A DNA stretch of 64,000 bases, from positions 87,590 through 151,589 of the forward strand of contig CAVRRH010000008.1 in NCBI GenBank assembly GCA_963723565.1. The letters are read 5' to 3'. This document shows, one piece after another, positions 1 to 10,329 of the stretch. This stretch comes from an uncultured Gemmatimonadales bacterium. Lineage in GTDB: Bacteria > Gemmatimonadota > Gemmatimonadetes > Gemmatimonadales > GWC2-71-9. Under the pieces are notes generated by a model, which searched no databases, was not told the DNA's origin, and saw only the letters and a list, made by a program, of their open reading frames with translations. The position numbers and the translations under genes are program-made. The first letter of the stretch is position 1. Every line of letters begins with the position of its first letter.

Positions 1-890
1 GCCCCGCACGCCATGGCCTCGAGGGCTGCCAGGCCGAACGACTCGGTCTGCGACGGCAGGATGAACAGATCGCTGGCCTGGAGCAACGATGCGACGGAAT
101 CCAACCGGCCAAGAAACCGTACGTCATCAGTGACCGCGAGATCGCGCGCCTCGTTTTCCGCGTCCACCCGCTCCGGGCCGTCTCCGATCATCACCAGGGT
201 CGCGGGCATGGCTCGCCGGACCCGAGCGAAGACCCGCACCACGTCCTTCACCCGCTTCACCTCCCGGAAGTTGGAGACGTGAGTAATGACCTTGTGGCCT
301 TCAGGGGCCACGCTCCCCCGGCATCCGGGCTCGCCCGGACGATACTCCTGGAGGTTGACGAAGTTCGGGACCATCCTGATATCACAGGTTCCACAGCCGA
401 AAGCGCGGTACGTCTCGTCTCGGAGATAGTTCGAGACGGCGGTGACACCGTCCGATTGCTCGATCGAGAACTTGGTTATGGCGTAAAAGCTGGACTCCTG
501 CCCTACCAGAGTGATGTCGGTACCGTGGAGCGTGGTGATCACCCGGAGCGGCCGCTCGCCTTTCAGCATCTCGCGGGCGAGATAGGCCGTTGTGGCATGG
601 GGGATGGCATAGTGCACGTGCAGGAGGTCGAGCTCTTCCCGGAGCACGACCTCGTGCTGTTTCGAGGCCAGCGCGAGCGTATAGGGAAAATGATCGAACA
701 GCGGATAGCGTCCCATCCGGGTCTCGACCTGATGGAAGAAGACCCGCTCGGTGTACCCCCGCAGCCGGAAGGGCGAGTCGTAGGTAATGAAGTGCACCTC
801 GTGGCCACGGCGGGCGAGGTCGAGGCCGAGCTCGGTGGCCACAGCTCCCGAGCCACCATACGTGGGATAGCAAGTGATTCCGATTTTCAT
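1..890 (-). CDS. bshA: GT4 glycosyltransferase, BshA-like (N-acetylglucosaminyl-malate synthase type). N-terminus is at 890; the C-terminal end runs off the window.
   Basis: Not in the ORF track because it is open at the window edge. Manual reverse translation from ATG 890-888 gives MKIGITCYPTYGGSGAVATELGLDLARRGHEVHFITYDSPFRL...LHVHYAIPHATTAYLAREML...ILPSQTESFGLAALEAMACG, with no stop down to nt 1. Plus ORF 279..923 is its antisense shadow. Confidence 0.8.
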   Translation of the reverse strand, partial: MKIGITCYPTYGGSGAVATELGLDLARRGHEVHFITYDSPFRLRGYTERVFFHQVETRMGRYPLFDHFPYTLALASKQHEVVLREELDLLHVHYAIPHATTAYLAREMLKGERPLRVITTLHGTDITLVGQESSFYAITKFSIEQSDGVTAVSNYLRDETYRAFGCGTCDIRMVPNFVNLQEYRPGEPGCRGSVAPEGHKVITHVSNFREVKRVKDVVRVFARVRRAMPATLVMIGDGPERVDAENEARDLAVTDDVRFLGRLDSVASLLQASDLFILPSQTESFGLAALEAMACG

Positions 891-893
891 GGA

Positions 894-1033
894 GGCTATG
901 GGCTATGGGCTGTTGGCTATTAGCTAGGCTGAGCACAAAGAGTTAGGCACACGGAATAAGGACAACGCGAGGAGCAGGCCAATAGCCCATGGCGCATTGC
1001 CCCATAGCTCATAGCGTTTTCTCCCATAGCCCC
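894..1033. repeat. Inverted arrays of a tandem 7-nt unit (GGCTATG-type), giving a long imperfect hairpin between the miaA stop and the bshA start.
   Basis: Left arm 894-931 is GGCTATG GGCTATG GGCTGTT GGCTATT AGCTAGG. Right arm 978-1033 is GCCAATA GCCCATG GCGCATT GCCCCAT AGCTCAT AGC..CTCCCATAGCCCC, the complementary units. The right arm overlaps the last miaA codons (GLWEKTL*). Confidence 0.7.
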
Positions 1034-1929
1034 GCGATCTCAGCCGCCAGCTTCTCCGGAGACCGGGTTGCATCCAGAGTGACCACGTTGCCGGTGAGCT
1101 GGTGACGGAACCAGGTCTGCTGCCGTTTGGCGTACTGACGGGTGCCCGCCGTGATAGCCTCGGCCACGGACTCACGCGGGCGCACACCATGGAGGTATTC
1201 GACTGCCTCACGAATACCGATACCGTCGAGACCCGGGGCTTTGGCCTCATGTCCCTCGGCCAGCACGGCAGCGACTTCCTCAATGAGCCCGCGCCGGATC
1301 ATCTCCTCGGCTCGCCGGGCGATCCGCTGGTGAAGCACCGGCCGGGGCACAGTTAGAACAATGTACCACGGGTCCAGTGATCCCTGGGCACGCGCGGCCT
1401 GCTGCCAATACGAGAGCGGGTGTCCGCTCAAGAGTGCCACTTCGATGGCCCGGGCAGCACGCTGCCGGCCGCCACCCCGGAACCCGGGGTCGAGCCGCGC
1501 CGCCCAACGAAGCAGCTCTATCGGCTCCAGCCGTGCGGTCCACGCGTCGAGCGACCGACGCTTGGCGGCGTCCAGCGGCGGCTCGGCGAAAAGCCCCTCG
1601 GCCAGGGCCCGCACATAAAGCCCGGTGCCGCCGACCACCATGGGCAGGTTACCCCGGGCTCGGATCTCACCCAGCCAGCACACACTATCCCTCGCGAAAT
1701 GGCCGGCGCTGTACCGCGCACCGGGCTCGACCAGATCCAATCCGTGGTGCGGAACGCGGGCCCGCTCCTTCCGGCTGGGCTTGGCCGTGCCAATGTCCAG
1801 GCGGCGGTACACTTGGCGAGAGTCGGCCGAAATGATTTCCACAGGCCAATGCGCCGCGAGCGCCATCGCAACCGCGGTCTTTCCGACGGCCGTCGGGCCG
1901 ACCAGCACCGGGACCCTACCGCCGGCCAA
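1009..1929 (-). CDS. miaA: tRNA dimethylallyltransferase MiaA
   Basis: ORF 1009..2124(-) contains the P-loop VLVGPTAVGKTAVAMALA and ISADSRQVYRRLDIGTAKPS. The first ~65 aa of the ORF overlap mutL and look non-coding, so the start is placed at TTG 1929. The start is uncertain. Confidence 0.85.
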   Translation of the reverse strand: MAGGRVPVLVGPTAVGKTAVAMALAAHWPVEIISADSRQVYRRLDIGTAKPSRKERARVPHHGLDLVEPGARYSAGHFARDSVCWLGEIRARGNLPMVVGGTGLYVRALAEGLFAEPPLDAAKRRSLDAWTARLEPIELLRWAARLDPGFRGGGRQRAARAIEVALLSGHPLSYWQQAARAQGSLDPWYIVLTVPRPVLHQRIARRAEEMIRRGLIEEVAAVLAEGHEAKAPGLDGIGIREAVEYLHGVRPRESVAEAITAGTRQYAKRQQTWFRHQLTGNVVTLDATRSPEKLAAEIAGLWEKTL

Positions 1930-3631
1930 ACCGGCGCTCCAACTCCTCCCGGGGAAGCTGCACGATTGTCGCGCGGCCGTGCACATCGTGCGGCGGCAGA
2001 TCGGTCGCGAATAGCCGGAGAAGCAGCTCACGCATCTCGCGCTCGTCGAGCCGCTGCCCGGCTTTAACCGCGGCGCGGCACGCGTAGGTGGCCGCGAACC
2101 GCTCCAGCCGGTTGGCCCAGCCACCGAACCGCCCCCGTGCCAGGTCGGCGATGATCTCCCGGAAACAGGCCCCGGCGTCGAAGCGCGGATGCGGTGTGGG
2201 CACCGCGTGCACTACGACGGCCCGGCCGCCGAACGCTTCGGCCTCGAACCCGACCCGCCGCAGCTCCTCTCCGTGCGCCTCGAAGGCGTCGAGCTCCTCG
2301 TCGGTCAACTCCAGGGTGAGCGGAAGCAGGAGCCGCTGAGCCGGCGCCCCGACACCACTGAGCTGGACCAGAACTGCCTCGTAGAGCACCCGCTCGTGAG
2401 CCGAATGCTGATCCACGATGATCACCCCATCCGGACCCTCGTACACGATGTAGCTGTCGAACACCTGGACCAGTGGCACGTCGAAGCCGACTCTCGCCTC
2501 GGCTGCCTCAGTGCCGGAGATAGTCGGAGCCTCCGGCGGGAAGAGCTGGCCCAGATCGACCAACTGCCGGATCGAATCAGCCGTGTGCCCGGCTCCGCTG
2601 ACGCCAGGCAACGGTCGCCAATCGCCCACCGGAGCCGCCGCCACCAGCGCACCGATTGCAAAGCGAACTGCTTCCTCGACGACGCGCTCCACACCAATCC
2701 GGTCACGAAAGCGAACCTCGAGCTTGGCAGGATGGACGTTCACGTCGACGTCTTCGGGAGCAACCTGAATGCGAAGGTAGATCGAGGGCCGGTCACCGGG
2801 ATGGATAGCAGCACGGTAGCCTGCCTCTGCTGCCCGGACCAGGAAAGGGTCCTTGAATGGGCGGCCATTGACGAACAGCTGCGTCCGTCGCCCGGTCGGC
2901 TGCGCGTCACCAGGCCGCTGGACGTATCCGCTGACCTGGAACGCACCGGCAGCGTATTCCACCGGCACCAGGGTGCCCGCGAGGTCGCGTCCCCAGACCG
3001 CCGCGAGCCGCTCTGCCGGATCCTGCCCGGAGGGCACGGCAAGACGGCAAGTGCCGTCGACGTGGAGCTCGAAGCCAGACTCGGAATGCGCCAGCGCCAG
3101 CGTGGCGACGGCCTCCTGCGCCGCGCGAGTTTCGCTCGATGCGGAGCGAAGAAACTTGCGCCGGGCCGGCGTGTTGAAGAACAGACCTCGGATCGTAACA
3201 GTGGTTCCCCGCTGCCGCGCCGCGGCGATGACTCGCTCCAACCGTCCACCAACCACGGTGAGCTCCGACCCTTCGCCTTCGCCATCGTGGGTGACCAGAC
3301 CGAGACGGGATACCGACGCAATCGCGGGAAGTGCCTCGCCGCGGAAACCAAACGTCGCTACGCCCACGAGGTCCGCGGCGCTACGAACCTTGCTGGTCGC
3401 ATGCCGGTCGAGGGCCAGCACGGCGTCCTCCCGTCCCATGCCACTGCCGTCGTCGCTGACTTCGATCAACACCTTGCCGCCGTTCTCCAGCTCCACCCGC
3501 ACATGCCTGGCTCCGGCGTCGAGTGAGTTCTCGACCAACTCCTTAACCACGGACGCCGGTCGCTCGACCACTTCGCCGGCGGCGATCTGATCGGCGACGG
3601 CATCGGGCAGGATTGCGATGCGGCGGGACAT
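1916..3631 (-). CDS. mutL: DNA mismatch repair protein MutL
   Basis: ORF 1916..3631(-), 571 aa. N-terminus MSRRIAILPDAVADQIAAGEVVERPASVVKELVENSLDAG is the GHKL ATPase; the C-terminal dimerisation region is intact. Confidence 0.95.
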   Translation of the reverse strand: MSRRIAILPDAVADQIAAGEVVERPASVVKELVENSLDAGARHVRVELENGGKVLIEVSDDGSGMGREDAVLALDRHATSKVRSAADLVGVATFGFRGEALPAIASVSRLGLVTHDGEGEGSELTVVGGRLERVIAAARQRGTTVTIRGLFFNTPARRKFLRSASSETRAAQEAVATLALAHSESGFELHVDGTCRLAVPSGQDPAERLAAVWGRDLAGTLVPVEYAAGAFQVSGYVQRPGDAQPTGRRTQLFVNGRPFKDPFLVRAAEAGYRAAIHPGDRPSIYLRIQVAPEDVDVNVHPAKLEVRFRDRIGVERVVEEAVRFAIGALVAAAPVGDWRPLPGVSGAGHTADSIRQLVDLGQLFPPEAPTISGTEAAEARVGFDVPLVQVFDSYIVYEGPDGVIIVDQHSAHERVLYEAVLVQLSGVGAPAQRLLLPLTLELTDEELDAFEAHGEELRRVGFEAEAFGGRAVVVHAVPTPHPRFDAGACFREIIADLARGRFGGWANRLERFAATYACRAAVKAGQRLDEREMRELLLRLFATDLPPHDVHGRATIVQLPREELERRFGRR

Positions 3632-3640
3632 CGGAGAAAT

Positions 3641-5968
3641 CTACCCACCGATGGCAGCGATGGCGTCCGAGGCAACCCACCCCTCTCGCGAGCCCGCAAC
3701 GCGCACCAATACCCATCCTCGATCGTTTGTTCTCAGGATCTGCACCGCTCCTCCGGCGTCGAGCGGCCCCAGCGCTGGAGCGCGCCCATGAGGCGAGAGC
3801 CGCAACGTGGTTTGATCCAGAACGATCCCGACCGGTCGCCGGTACCAGGCGCGAAGCCCGAAACCGGCCGCTGTGGTCGCAGCGGAGAACAGGAGCAGGA
3901 TTGCCCACCGGTCGCGCTGCCGAGGGCGGAGTACCCAGGCGACCCAGCCCACCAGCCAGCCCAACGCCCCCATAAGTAGCAGCTCCTCCGGTGTGACTGG
4001 AGGAGACCAGGTCCACCGCGCCGAGGTCGCGTCCGGTGGCGGCGTGAGCCGAAGTGCACGCTGAATCGTGGGCTCGCGCGGCTCCAGCCGCCGAGCCCGC
4101 TGCCAGGCCGCGGCTGCGCGACCCTCCTGGCCGAGCCGGTAGTAGGCTGCACCGAGATCGTACCAGTGGGCGCCGACGGTTGGCTCGAGCTCGGCCCTGC
4201 GAGCAAACCCCTCGGCGGCGGCGTGAAGAGCCCCGCTCTCGTAGAGTTGCTCGGGCGGGGGAGACTGCGCCCCGAGCCCCCCGGCAAGGAAACTCACGAT
4301 CAGACCGGCGACGGTTCCCCGTCTGCGCCAACCGCGGAGTGAGCCCCCTAGCCGGCGCATCAACTCCTCGACCTCGGAGACCAGCGCGGCATCCTCTTCG
4401 GAGGGGTGGCCGGGACCATACCGCCGAGCCAGAAGCTGTTCCCGAGCCGCAGCCAATCTCCAGGCCGTGTCGGCATCAGCCCCCGCCGCCCGCACTGCGG
4501 CCGCGAGTCCGCTGCGCGAGCGATGGTCGGGGTCCGGCACCAGGCTCCGCACTACCGCATTGAGCTCTTCCTCCGCGCCCCGGAGTCCTGTTACTGGAGG
4601 AATGGCGCGCCGCCGGCGGCGGCGGGGCCGCCACGCGCGGCCGAAAACGGCGAGCGGGGGCAGCAACAGAATCGCTGCCCACCCCCAATCCGGAACCGCC
4701 TGTGCGACTCGTCGAGCGAGAGCCGGTGACCCACTCGGGAGCAGTGGGGGTGGCAGTGCCGCTGAACTCGTCGACTCGCCGCCCGCCGCAACCGGCAGCG
4801 AGGCCGCAGCGGTGCCTGCCGACCGGTATGCCCGCGCCGCCAGGTCGTAGTACGAGTAGCTGACCGGCGGCAACGTGAGGGGTCCTATCGAATCCGGCAC
4901 GAGCAGATACCTGAAAGTCTTGAGCCCGCCCACACGGCCGTCGCTGGTGGTCACCTGTTCATCGACCCGATCCGCGTACGCGCGAGCGGTGCGCGGCCAT
5001 CGGAAAGCAGGAGGCGGCCAGAGCGCCGAGTTTCCTGCACCGGTGAGCATCAGCTCCACGACCACACCTTCACCCGGGTGCGCAGTGGGAGGGGTGATCC
5101 TGCGCTCCACTCGCAGTTCCGAGCCTACCGCGCCGTTGAAGTCAGCCGGACGGCCCTGGGTCGGAAGCGGCTGCACGGTCAGTGACTCGGGCAGGCTGGT
5201 CAGGGCAAAGCGTTCCTCCTGACTGAAGAACTGGAGAGCGAGCGGCGTACTGTACTTCAACATGGCGCGCGGGATCGCAATCGTTCCGGCGACCAGGGGG
5301 AATACCACCTGGTGAGCTACGAAGAGGTCGTAGGCGATCCCGCCGATGTTGCGGGTTACGGCGATGCCGGAGGGTGCTGCCTGCGGATAGCTCCAGACAC
5401 CGTCGATCACCGGCGGTTGCAGCGTCGGCGGGCGGCGGAGCTGCAAGCGCAGGTCGCGGGGAAACCAGGCAGCGGTAACGACGTCGACCTGTTCGCCGAC
5501 TCTAACCGTATCAGCCGATACCACCAGCGCCACCGCGGCTTTGCCTCGCGGCGGTGGCGGGGTGCGCTCCAACAGGGTCCGGAGCTTGGGGTTAAGCGTA
5601 GTGGCGGTCACGGCCCCGCTCGGCTCGATGTCCACCACAAGGGCCGGGGCCTCGGCCGTCTCGCCCCCCTGGGTGGCTCGGGCCGGACCGATTTGCCAAC
5701 GCCCGGGGCGCAACGCGCGGAGGCGGACCTCCAACACGGTGGTGCGGGTCGGACCGCCGGAAAGTGAGACTTCGGTGCGCTCGCTCCGCGAGACGATCTC
5801 GAATCCGTTGAACGGCGCGATGGTCAGGCTCATCGGCTCCGACGACTGGCTCACCGCCCGGGCGGTATACACCAGCTCGTCTCCCACCGAGATTCGATCC
5901 TGATCGACCGACACGTGTAGCTCGGGTGGCCCCGACTGCAGCAGGACCAGCAGGACGAACGCGATCAC
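3641..5968 (-). CDS. batD: BatD-like oxygen-tolerance protein fused to a TPR segment and a C-terminal SH3-like (BatE-like) domain
   Basis: ORF 3641..5968(-), 775 aa. It has an N-terminal signal/TM and BatD-like repeats (HVSVDQDRISVGDELVYT...), central TM segments with an RRRRRR stop-transfer, TPR-like YDLGAAYYRLGQEGRAAAAWQRARRLEP, and a C-terminal GWVLVRVAGSREGWVASDAI SH3-like motif. ATGA overlap with the upstream gene. Confidence 0.75.
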   Translation of the reverse strand: MIAFVLLVLLQSGPPELHVSVDQDRISVGDELVYTARAVSQSSEPMSLTIAPFNGFEIVSRSERTEVSLSGGPTRTTVLEVRLRALRPGRWQIGPARATQGGETAEAPALVVDIEPSGAVTATTLNPKLRTLLERTPPPPRGKAAVALVVSADTVRVGEQVDVVTAAWFPRDLRLQLRRPPTLQPPVIDGVWSYPQAAPSGIAVTRNIGGIAYDLFVAHQVVFPLVAGTIAIPRAMLKYSTPLALQFFSQEERFALTSLPESLTVQPLPTQGRPADFNGAVGSELRVERRITPPTAHPGEGVVVELMLTGAGNSALWPPPAFRWPRTARAYADRVDEQVTTSDGRVGGLKTFRYLLVPDSIGPLTLPPVSYSYYDLAARAYRSAGTAAASLPVAAGGESTSSAALPPPLLPSGSPALARRVAQAVPDWGWAAILLLPPLAVFGRAWRPRRRRRRAIPPVTGLRGAEEELNAVVRSLVPDPDHRSRSGLAAAVRAAGADADTAWRLAAAREQLLARRYGPGHPSEEDAALVSEVEELMRRLGGSLRGWRRRGTVAGLIVSFLAGGLGAQSPPPEQLYESGALHAAAEGFARRAELEPTVGAHWYDLGAAYYRLGQEGRAAAAWQRARRLEPREPTIQRALRLTPPPDATSARWTWSPPVTPEELLLMGALGWLVGWVAWVLRPRQRDRWAILLLFSAATTAAGFGLRAWYRRPVGIVLDQTTLRLSPHGRAPALGPLDAGGAVQILRTNDRGWVLVRVAGSREGWVASDAIAAIGG

Positions 5969-7606
5969 CAGTCCTTGACTCCATCAGCAGAATTGCCCTT
6001 GAGCCGGCGCTGCTGGTCCGCCCGGGTCTCCCGTTCGCGACGCTCCATCGAGCTCAGGATTTGCTCCGCCTGGCTTTGACTGAGCCCCTGATCCTGGTTC
6101 TCGGGCCGCGTGGGCTCCGGCGATTGCGAGCCACCACCTCCACCTGCAGGCGGCTTTCCACCGCCGCCGCCGCCGCCGCCGCCTGCTGCCGGCGGAGGCC
6201 GCCGGCGCTCGGTCAGCTCGAGATTCCATTTGGCGCGAGCCGAGGAGGGTTGCAGCAGCAATGCCTCGCGCAGCCGGTCGGCAGCCTGACCGAGGAGCTC
6301 ATCCCGCTTGGTGGTGTCGGCACTCGCGGCCAGCAAGGCGACAAGGCCGAGATTGTACAGAGCGCGGTACCTCAGGTCGGGATCGAGGGACTTGGCAGCT
6401 TCGGTCAGGGCGCCCCGAGCAACCTCGAACCGCCGCGCATCCAAAGCTGCCGTGCCCGCGTTATAGAATGCGGTGTCGCGTGCACTACCCCGTGCCTCCT
6501 GTAGGAATGCCGCAGCCGCTCCGGCGGGATCGCCGGCTGCCATGGCGCGGGTGCCGGCCGTCGGTCGCTGCGCACCGGCTGAGGTCGACAGCAGCAGCAG
6601 ACCTCCGAGGCTGACCAACGCCGGACCTGGTCGAAGGATGGTGTACCCCAGTAGCAGGAACCCAGCCGCAAGCACGGGGATCCAGGCGCGAGGCACCAGA
6701 TCGCTGGTCCGGGTGTCCGATGTGGGACTTCGCTTCATGGCGGCCACCACGTCGCGGACCGCGCCGGCCTGGTCAGGTAGCTCGTTGGGGACCAGCGTGC
6801 CTTCGGCCGCGTCCACTACGGCGCGGAGCATATCGTCTCGCCGCTGGGTCCGGATCACGGTTCCCTCTTCGTCCTGCTTGTACTCCAACAAGGTCCCGGA
6901 CGAATCCCGGAGCGGTATCCGCGTCGGCAGGGCGCGTCCCTGTGCCACCACGATCAGGCGCACTCCGGCGTCCTTGAGCGCCTCGGCCGCCGCAATCGCC
7001 CCCGGCAGCGTGTCGTGCCCTTCGCCGTCGGTGAAGAGAACCAGCACTCGATCGGCCGCGTCGGTGGCGGCGGCAAGGAGCTGGGCGCCCTGGGTGAGAA
7101 CCGCCGTAAGATTGGTGCCGCCTTCGCTGGCCAGATCGGGATCCAGGGCATCGAGATACATCCGGATGGCGCCACCATCGGTGGTCAGCGGAGCCAGGAT
7201 GTAGCTTCTCCCGGCGAATGCGATCATTCCGAGTCGATCGCCCTCGAGATCCTGAATCAGTCGTCGCGCTTCGCGCGAGGCGCGCTGCAAACGACTCGGC
7301 GCCACGTCCTCCGCCAGCATCGATCTGCTGATATCCATGGCAAAGACCAGACTCAGCGCTCGGGTCTCGGTCTTGACCTCGGTGCGGCCGGAGCGCGGCC
7401 CCGCCAAACCGATGGCGGCCAATAGCGCCGCCACCCCGAGCTACCGCCGGAGCCCACCCCCCGCGGGCTCGAGCCAGCCGGCCCAGCGAAGGGGACCACC
7501 TTCGGGCCAACTGGATACGGCGGCGGCGCGCGAGCCAGGCCGCGCACCCGAACGCCACCGCAAGCACCGGGGCGAGAAAGAGAACCAGCGGTGCATCGAA
7601 CGTCAT
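5965..7606 (-). CDS. batB: BatB/BatC-like vWA + TPR protein with a poly-Gly tail segment. One apparent frameshift near 7425-7445.
   Basis: The N-terminal TM MTFDAPLVLFLAPVLAVAFGCAAWLARRRR is in the frame of ORF 6773..7606. The rest (LLAAIGLAGPR...LVFAMDISRSMLAEDVAPSRL..., the TPR region, GGGGGGGGGKPPAGGGGG) is in ORF 5965..7434. Removing one G from the GGGG run at about 7434 joins them as ...APAVARVAALLAAIGLAGPR. Confidence 0.8.
6161..6183. repeat. (CCG)7 trinucleotide tract encoding the poly-Gly run in the BatB/C-like protein
   Basis: ccgccgccgccgccgccgccgcc is read directly at 6161-6183. On the minus strand this is GGC codons. Confidence 0.9.
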
Positions 7607-8580
7607 GGAACCCGCACCACGAGGGTCGTTGCGATGAGGAGCTCGAGCGCGAGCGCGCCGAGTCCCAGCAGGATCAGTGGCCGAGTGGTCTCATCGTAAC
7701 GGGTGTACCGGGTCACCTGAATCGGGGTCTTCTCCAGTGCATCGATCTGGCGGAAGATTCGGCTGAGAGCCTCGCTGTCCTTGGCCCTGAAGTAGCGCCC
7801 GCCGGTCTTCTGGGCGATCTCCTGCAGCAATGGCTCATCGATGCGCACCGGGAGCAGCTCGTAGCGAAAGCCGCCCAAGCCGCGGCCGGTTGGAATGGGC
7901 GCCTCCCCTATGGTGCCGACGCCTATGGTGTACACCTTGATACCAAAAGCAGCTGCCGTCGCCGCCGCGGTCCGAGGATCGATCAGCCCCTTGTTGTTCT
8001 CCCCATCGGTCAGCAGCAGGATCACTTTGGACTTGTCGGGCGCCCGGCGCAGCCGGTTCACGGCGGTCGCCAGACCACTCCCGATGGCCGTGCCGTCTTC
8101 CAGACTGCCGATCTTGAGGTCCATGACGGCCTGTTCGATGACGGGGTAGTCCAGAGTCACCGGCACCTGGGTGAGCGCCTCGCCGGCGAATGCCACCAGT
8201 CCGATCCGGTCCGCGCTCCGCCCGCGGATGAAGCCAACCGCCTGCCGCTTGGCTACCTCCAGCCGATTGGAGGGAGCGAAGTCCTCGGCGAGCATGCTGC
8301 TGGAGATGTCGATCGTGATGACAATCGCGATTCCCTCCTGCTTCACCTCGACAAGATCGCCCCCGAGCCGCGGGCCCGCTGCCGCGAAGAGCAGGCCCGT
8401 CAACGCAAGCGCTCGCAGCGCAGGTGGAAGCATCACCCACCAGGGCCGTCTCACCGCCTCCGCAGGCAAGCTGACGTCGCTGTACCTTGCTGCGGGACTC
8501 TCTCCCCGGCGGCGACGCCACCACCATATGGTCAGGGCGAGCAGGAGCAACAACAGCAGCCAGGGGCGGGCGAAGGTCAT
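7603..8580 (-). CDS. batA: BatA-like vWA-domain membrane protein
   Basis: ORF 7603..8715(-). A plausible start is the internal ATG at 8580 (MTFARPWLLLLLLLALTIWWWRRRR). The vWA MIDAS motif is ITIDISSSMLAEDF...LLLTDGENN. ATGA-type overlap with neighbours. Confidence 0.9.
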   Translation of the reverse strand: MTFARPWLLLLLLLALTIWWWRRRRGESPAARYSDVSLPAEAVRRPWWVMLPPALRALALTGLLFAAAGPRLGGDLVEVKQEGIAIVITIDISSSMLAEDFAPSNRLEVAKRQAVGFIRGRSADRIGLVAFAGEALTQVPVTLDYPVIEQAVMDLKIGSLEDGTAIGSGLATAVNRLRRAPDKSKVILLLTDGENNKGLIDPRTAAATAAAFGIKVYTIGVGTIGEAPIPTGRGLGGFRYELLPVRIDEPLLQEIAQKTGGRYFRAKDSEALSRIFRQIDALEKTPIQVTRYTRYDETTRPLILLGLGALALELLIATTLVVRVP

Positions 8581-9435
8581 GCGGCATCGCGCAACAGACG
8601 GTCGCGCATCTCGATGGTCGAACGGGAGAGTCTCAGCGCTTCGGAGGAGGGCAGCAGCCCGAAGCGCACACCATCGAGCCCCCGAAGGAGCTCGCTCAGT
8701 TCCTGCAACGGCCACTTCGGCCGTGCCGCCGCGATCTCGGCCAGGACTCGTTCGGTGTCCAGCCCAAGGTGCGCAGAAGCCACTCGCTGCTCCACGGCAG
8801 CGCGGAGCCGGGCTGCCGCCACGTTAGCGACGGCGCGGTATTCGCCGGCGTCGGCCCAGCGCGCCAGTGGAAGTTCGAGCGCATCGGCGCCGGAGGGCGG
8901 GTGCTGCCGTGCCTGCCGGCTTGCCGCGCCGACGCCACCAGAGGTGAACTGGTAAGAGCAGGGCCAGCGACGCGAGCCAGAGAACGGCGATTGGTGCCAG
9001 GCTCACCACCCTTCGGGGGACGAGGCTGGCCCGGGGCTGTGGCGCCAGGACCGAGTCTGGGGGTACCCGAGGGAGGACGCTTCTGACCTCGACGCTCAGT
9101 CGCTCGCCTGCCAGGGAGTCGACTGTTCCTCCCGGTCCGAGGAGTAGCGGTCCAGGGAGCTCGATGGTGTGGTGCCCCGTTCGCCAGAGCACAACCGGAT
9201 ACGAGATCTCGGCTGAGTCTCCGGTCAGGACCACGCGGCCCGGTCCGAGCAGCTCGACCGGGTCGGAGGGCTCCCACTCTGTGGCCCGGACGGCATGCCC
9301 CGTCGGGACGCGAACCGTTCGACTGAGCCACACGGTGTCACCGACGCTTGGTGCCGTCCCTTGGAGCAGGAGGCTCGTCCCGAGCCATGCGGGGAGCAGC
9401 AAAGCTGCGGCCAGATATCCGAGCAGGTTGATCAC
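8577..9435 (-). CDS. DUF4381-like membrane protein of the Bat operon. One apparent frameshift near 8895-8905.
   Basis: The N-terminal part (VINLLGYLAAALLLPAWLG...IAVLWLASLALLLPVHLWWRRRGKPAG) is in ORF 8824..9660. The C-terminal part (PPSGADALELPLARWADAGEYRAVANVAAARLRAAVEQRV...LLRGLDGVRFG) is in the frame of ORF 8577..8822, which stays open upstream to about 8900. GTGA overlap with the DUF58 stop. Confidence 0.65.
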
Positions 9436-10319
9436 GCGCGATTGATCCGGCGCGCCCGGCGCGCGAAGGCGCGACGCAAGGGGATGGAGTAATCCTTGCC
9501 GGTCTCCAGCCTGACGTGATCGGCCCCCGAGGCGGCGAGAGCCCGGGCTCGATCTTCTCGGCGGCGTCCGGCGAGGAGCGCAACTCGCGCTCGCACTTCC
9601 CTGCTCCCGGTATCGACCAGCACTCGGCGGTCGGACTCGGCGTCCACGATCTCGATCCAACCGGACTCTGGCAGGTCATGCTCCCGCGGATCGTCCACCG
9701 TGATCGCCACGACATCGTGTCGCGCACCGAGCCGGCGCAGCGGCCGCTCCCAGCCTTCGGCAATGAAATCGGAGAGTACTACCACAATGCTGCGATGCCG
9801 CAGAACCCGACTGGCGTAGGAGAGACTGGCGCCCAGGTTGGTGCGCCGGCCTGCCGGCTGAAACGCGACCAGGTCGCGGATCACCCGAAGGGCGTGGCGG
9901 CGGCCTTTCCGCGGCGGGATTACCCGCTCGACCGTGTCGGAGAACAGGAGCGCTCCCACCCGGTCGTTGTGGTGCGCCGCGGCGAGCGCCAGGACAGCGG
10001 CGATCTCCACCGAGAGTCCAGCCTTGGTAACCGGCTCACCGAAACGAGTCGATCCGGACTGATCCACCACCAGCATGACGGTGAGCTCTCGCTCCTCGGT
10101 GAAGGTCTTCACATACGGACTCGCCAGGCGGGCGGAGACGTTCCAGTCGATGGAGCGGAAATCGTCGCCGTGCTCGTACGCGCGCACCTCGGCGAATTCC
10201 ATTCCCTGCCCTCGAAACACGGAACGGTACTCACCCGCGAACAGCGAGCCCACGAGCCCACGCGTTCGGAGCTCGATGGATTTGACCTGTTTGAGAATCT
10301 CGGGAGAGACGGCTGGCAT
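9432..10319 (-). CDS. DUF58-family protein (MoxR-associated vWA-like)
   Basis: ORF 9432..10319(-), 295 aa: ...GEYRSVFRGQGMEFAEVRAYEHGDDFRSIDWNVSARLASPYVKTFTEERELTVMLVVDQSGS. Confidence 0.9.
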   Translation of the reverse strand: MPAVSPEILKQVKSIELRTRGLVGSLFAGEYRSVFRGQGMEFAEVRAYEHGDDFRSIDWNVSARLASPYVKTFTEERELTVMLVVDQSGSTRFGEPVTKAGLSVEIAAVLALAAAHHNDRVGALLFSDTVERVIPPRKGRRHALRVIRDLVAFQPAGRRTNLGASLSYASRVLRHRSIVVVLSDFIAEGWERPLRRLGARHDVVAITVDDPREHDLPESGWIEIVDAESDRRVLVDTGSREVRARVALLAGRRREDRARALAASGADHVRLETGKDYSIPLRRAFARRARRINRA

Positions 10320-10329
10320 GGTTAAAAAA

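Noticed and set aside
279-923. Long plus-strand ORFs such as 279..923, 2189..3526, 7591..8955, 10344..11282, 17328..18788, 43370..44332, 49176..50774 and 56919..58241.
   Set aside because: Each lies antisense to a minus-strand gene with unmistakable conserved motifs (BshA, MutL, BatA, MoxR, PyrB, ClpB, propeller/RecO, AhcY). Their translations are Arg/Gly/Pro/Asp-rich low-complexity strings typical of shadow ORFs in high-GC DNA.
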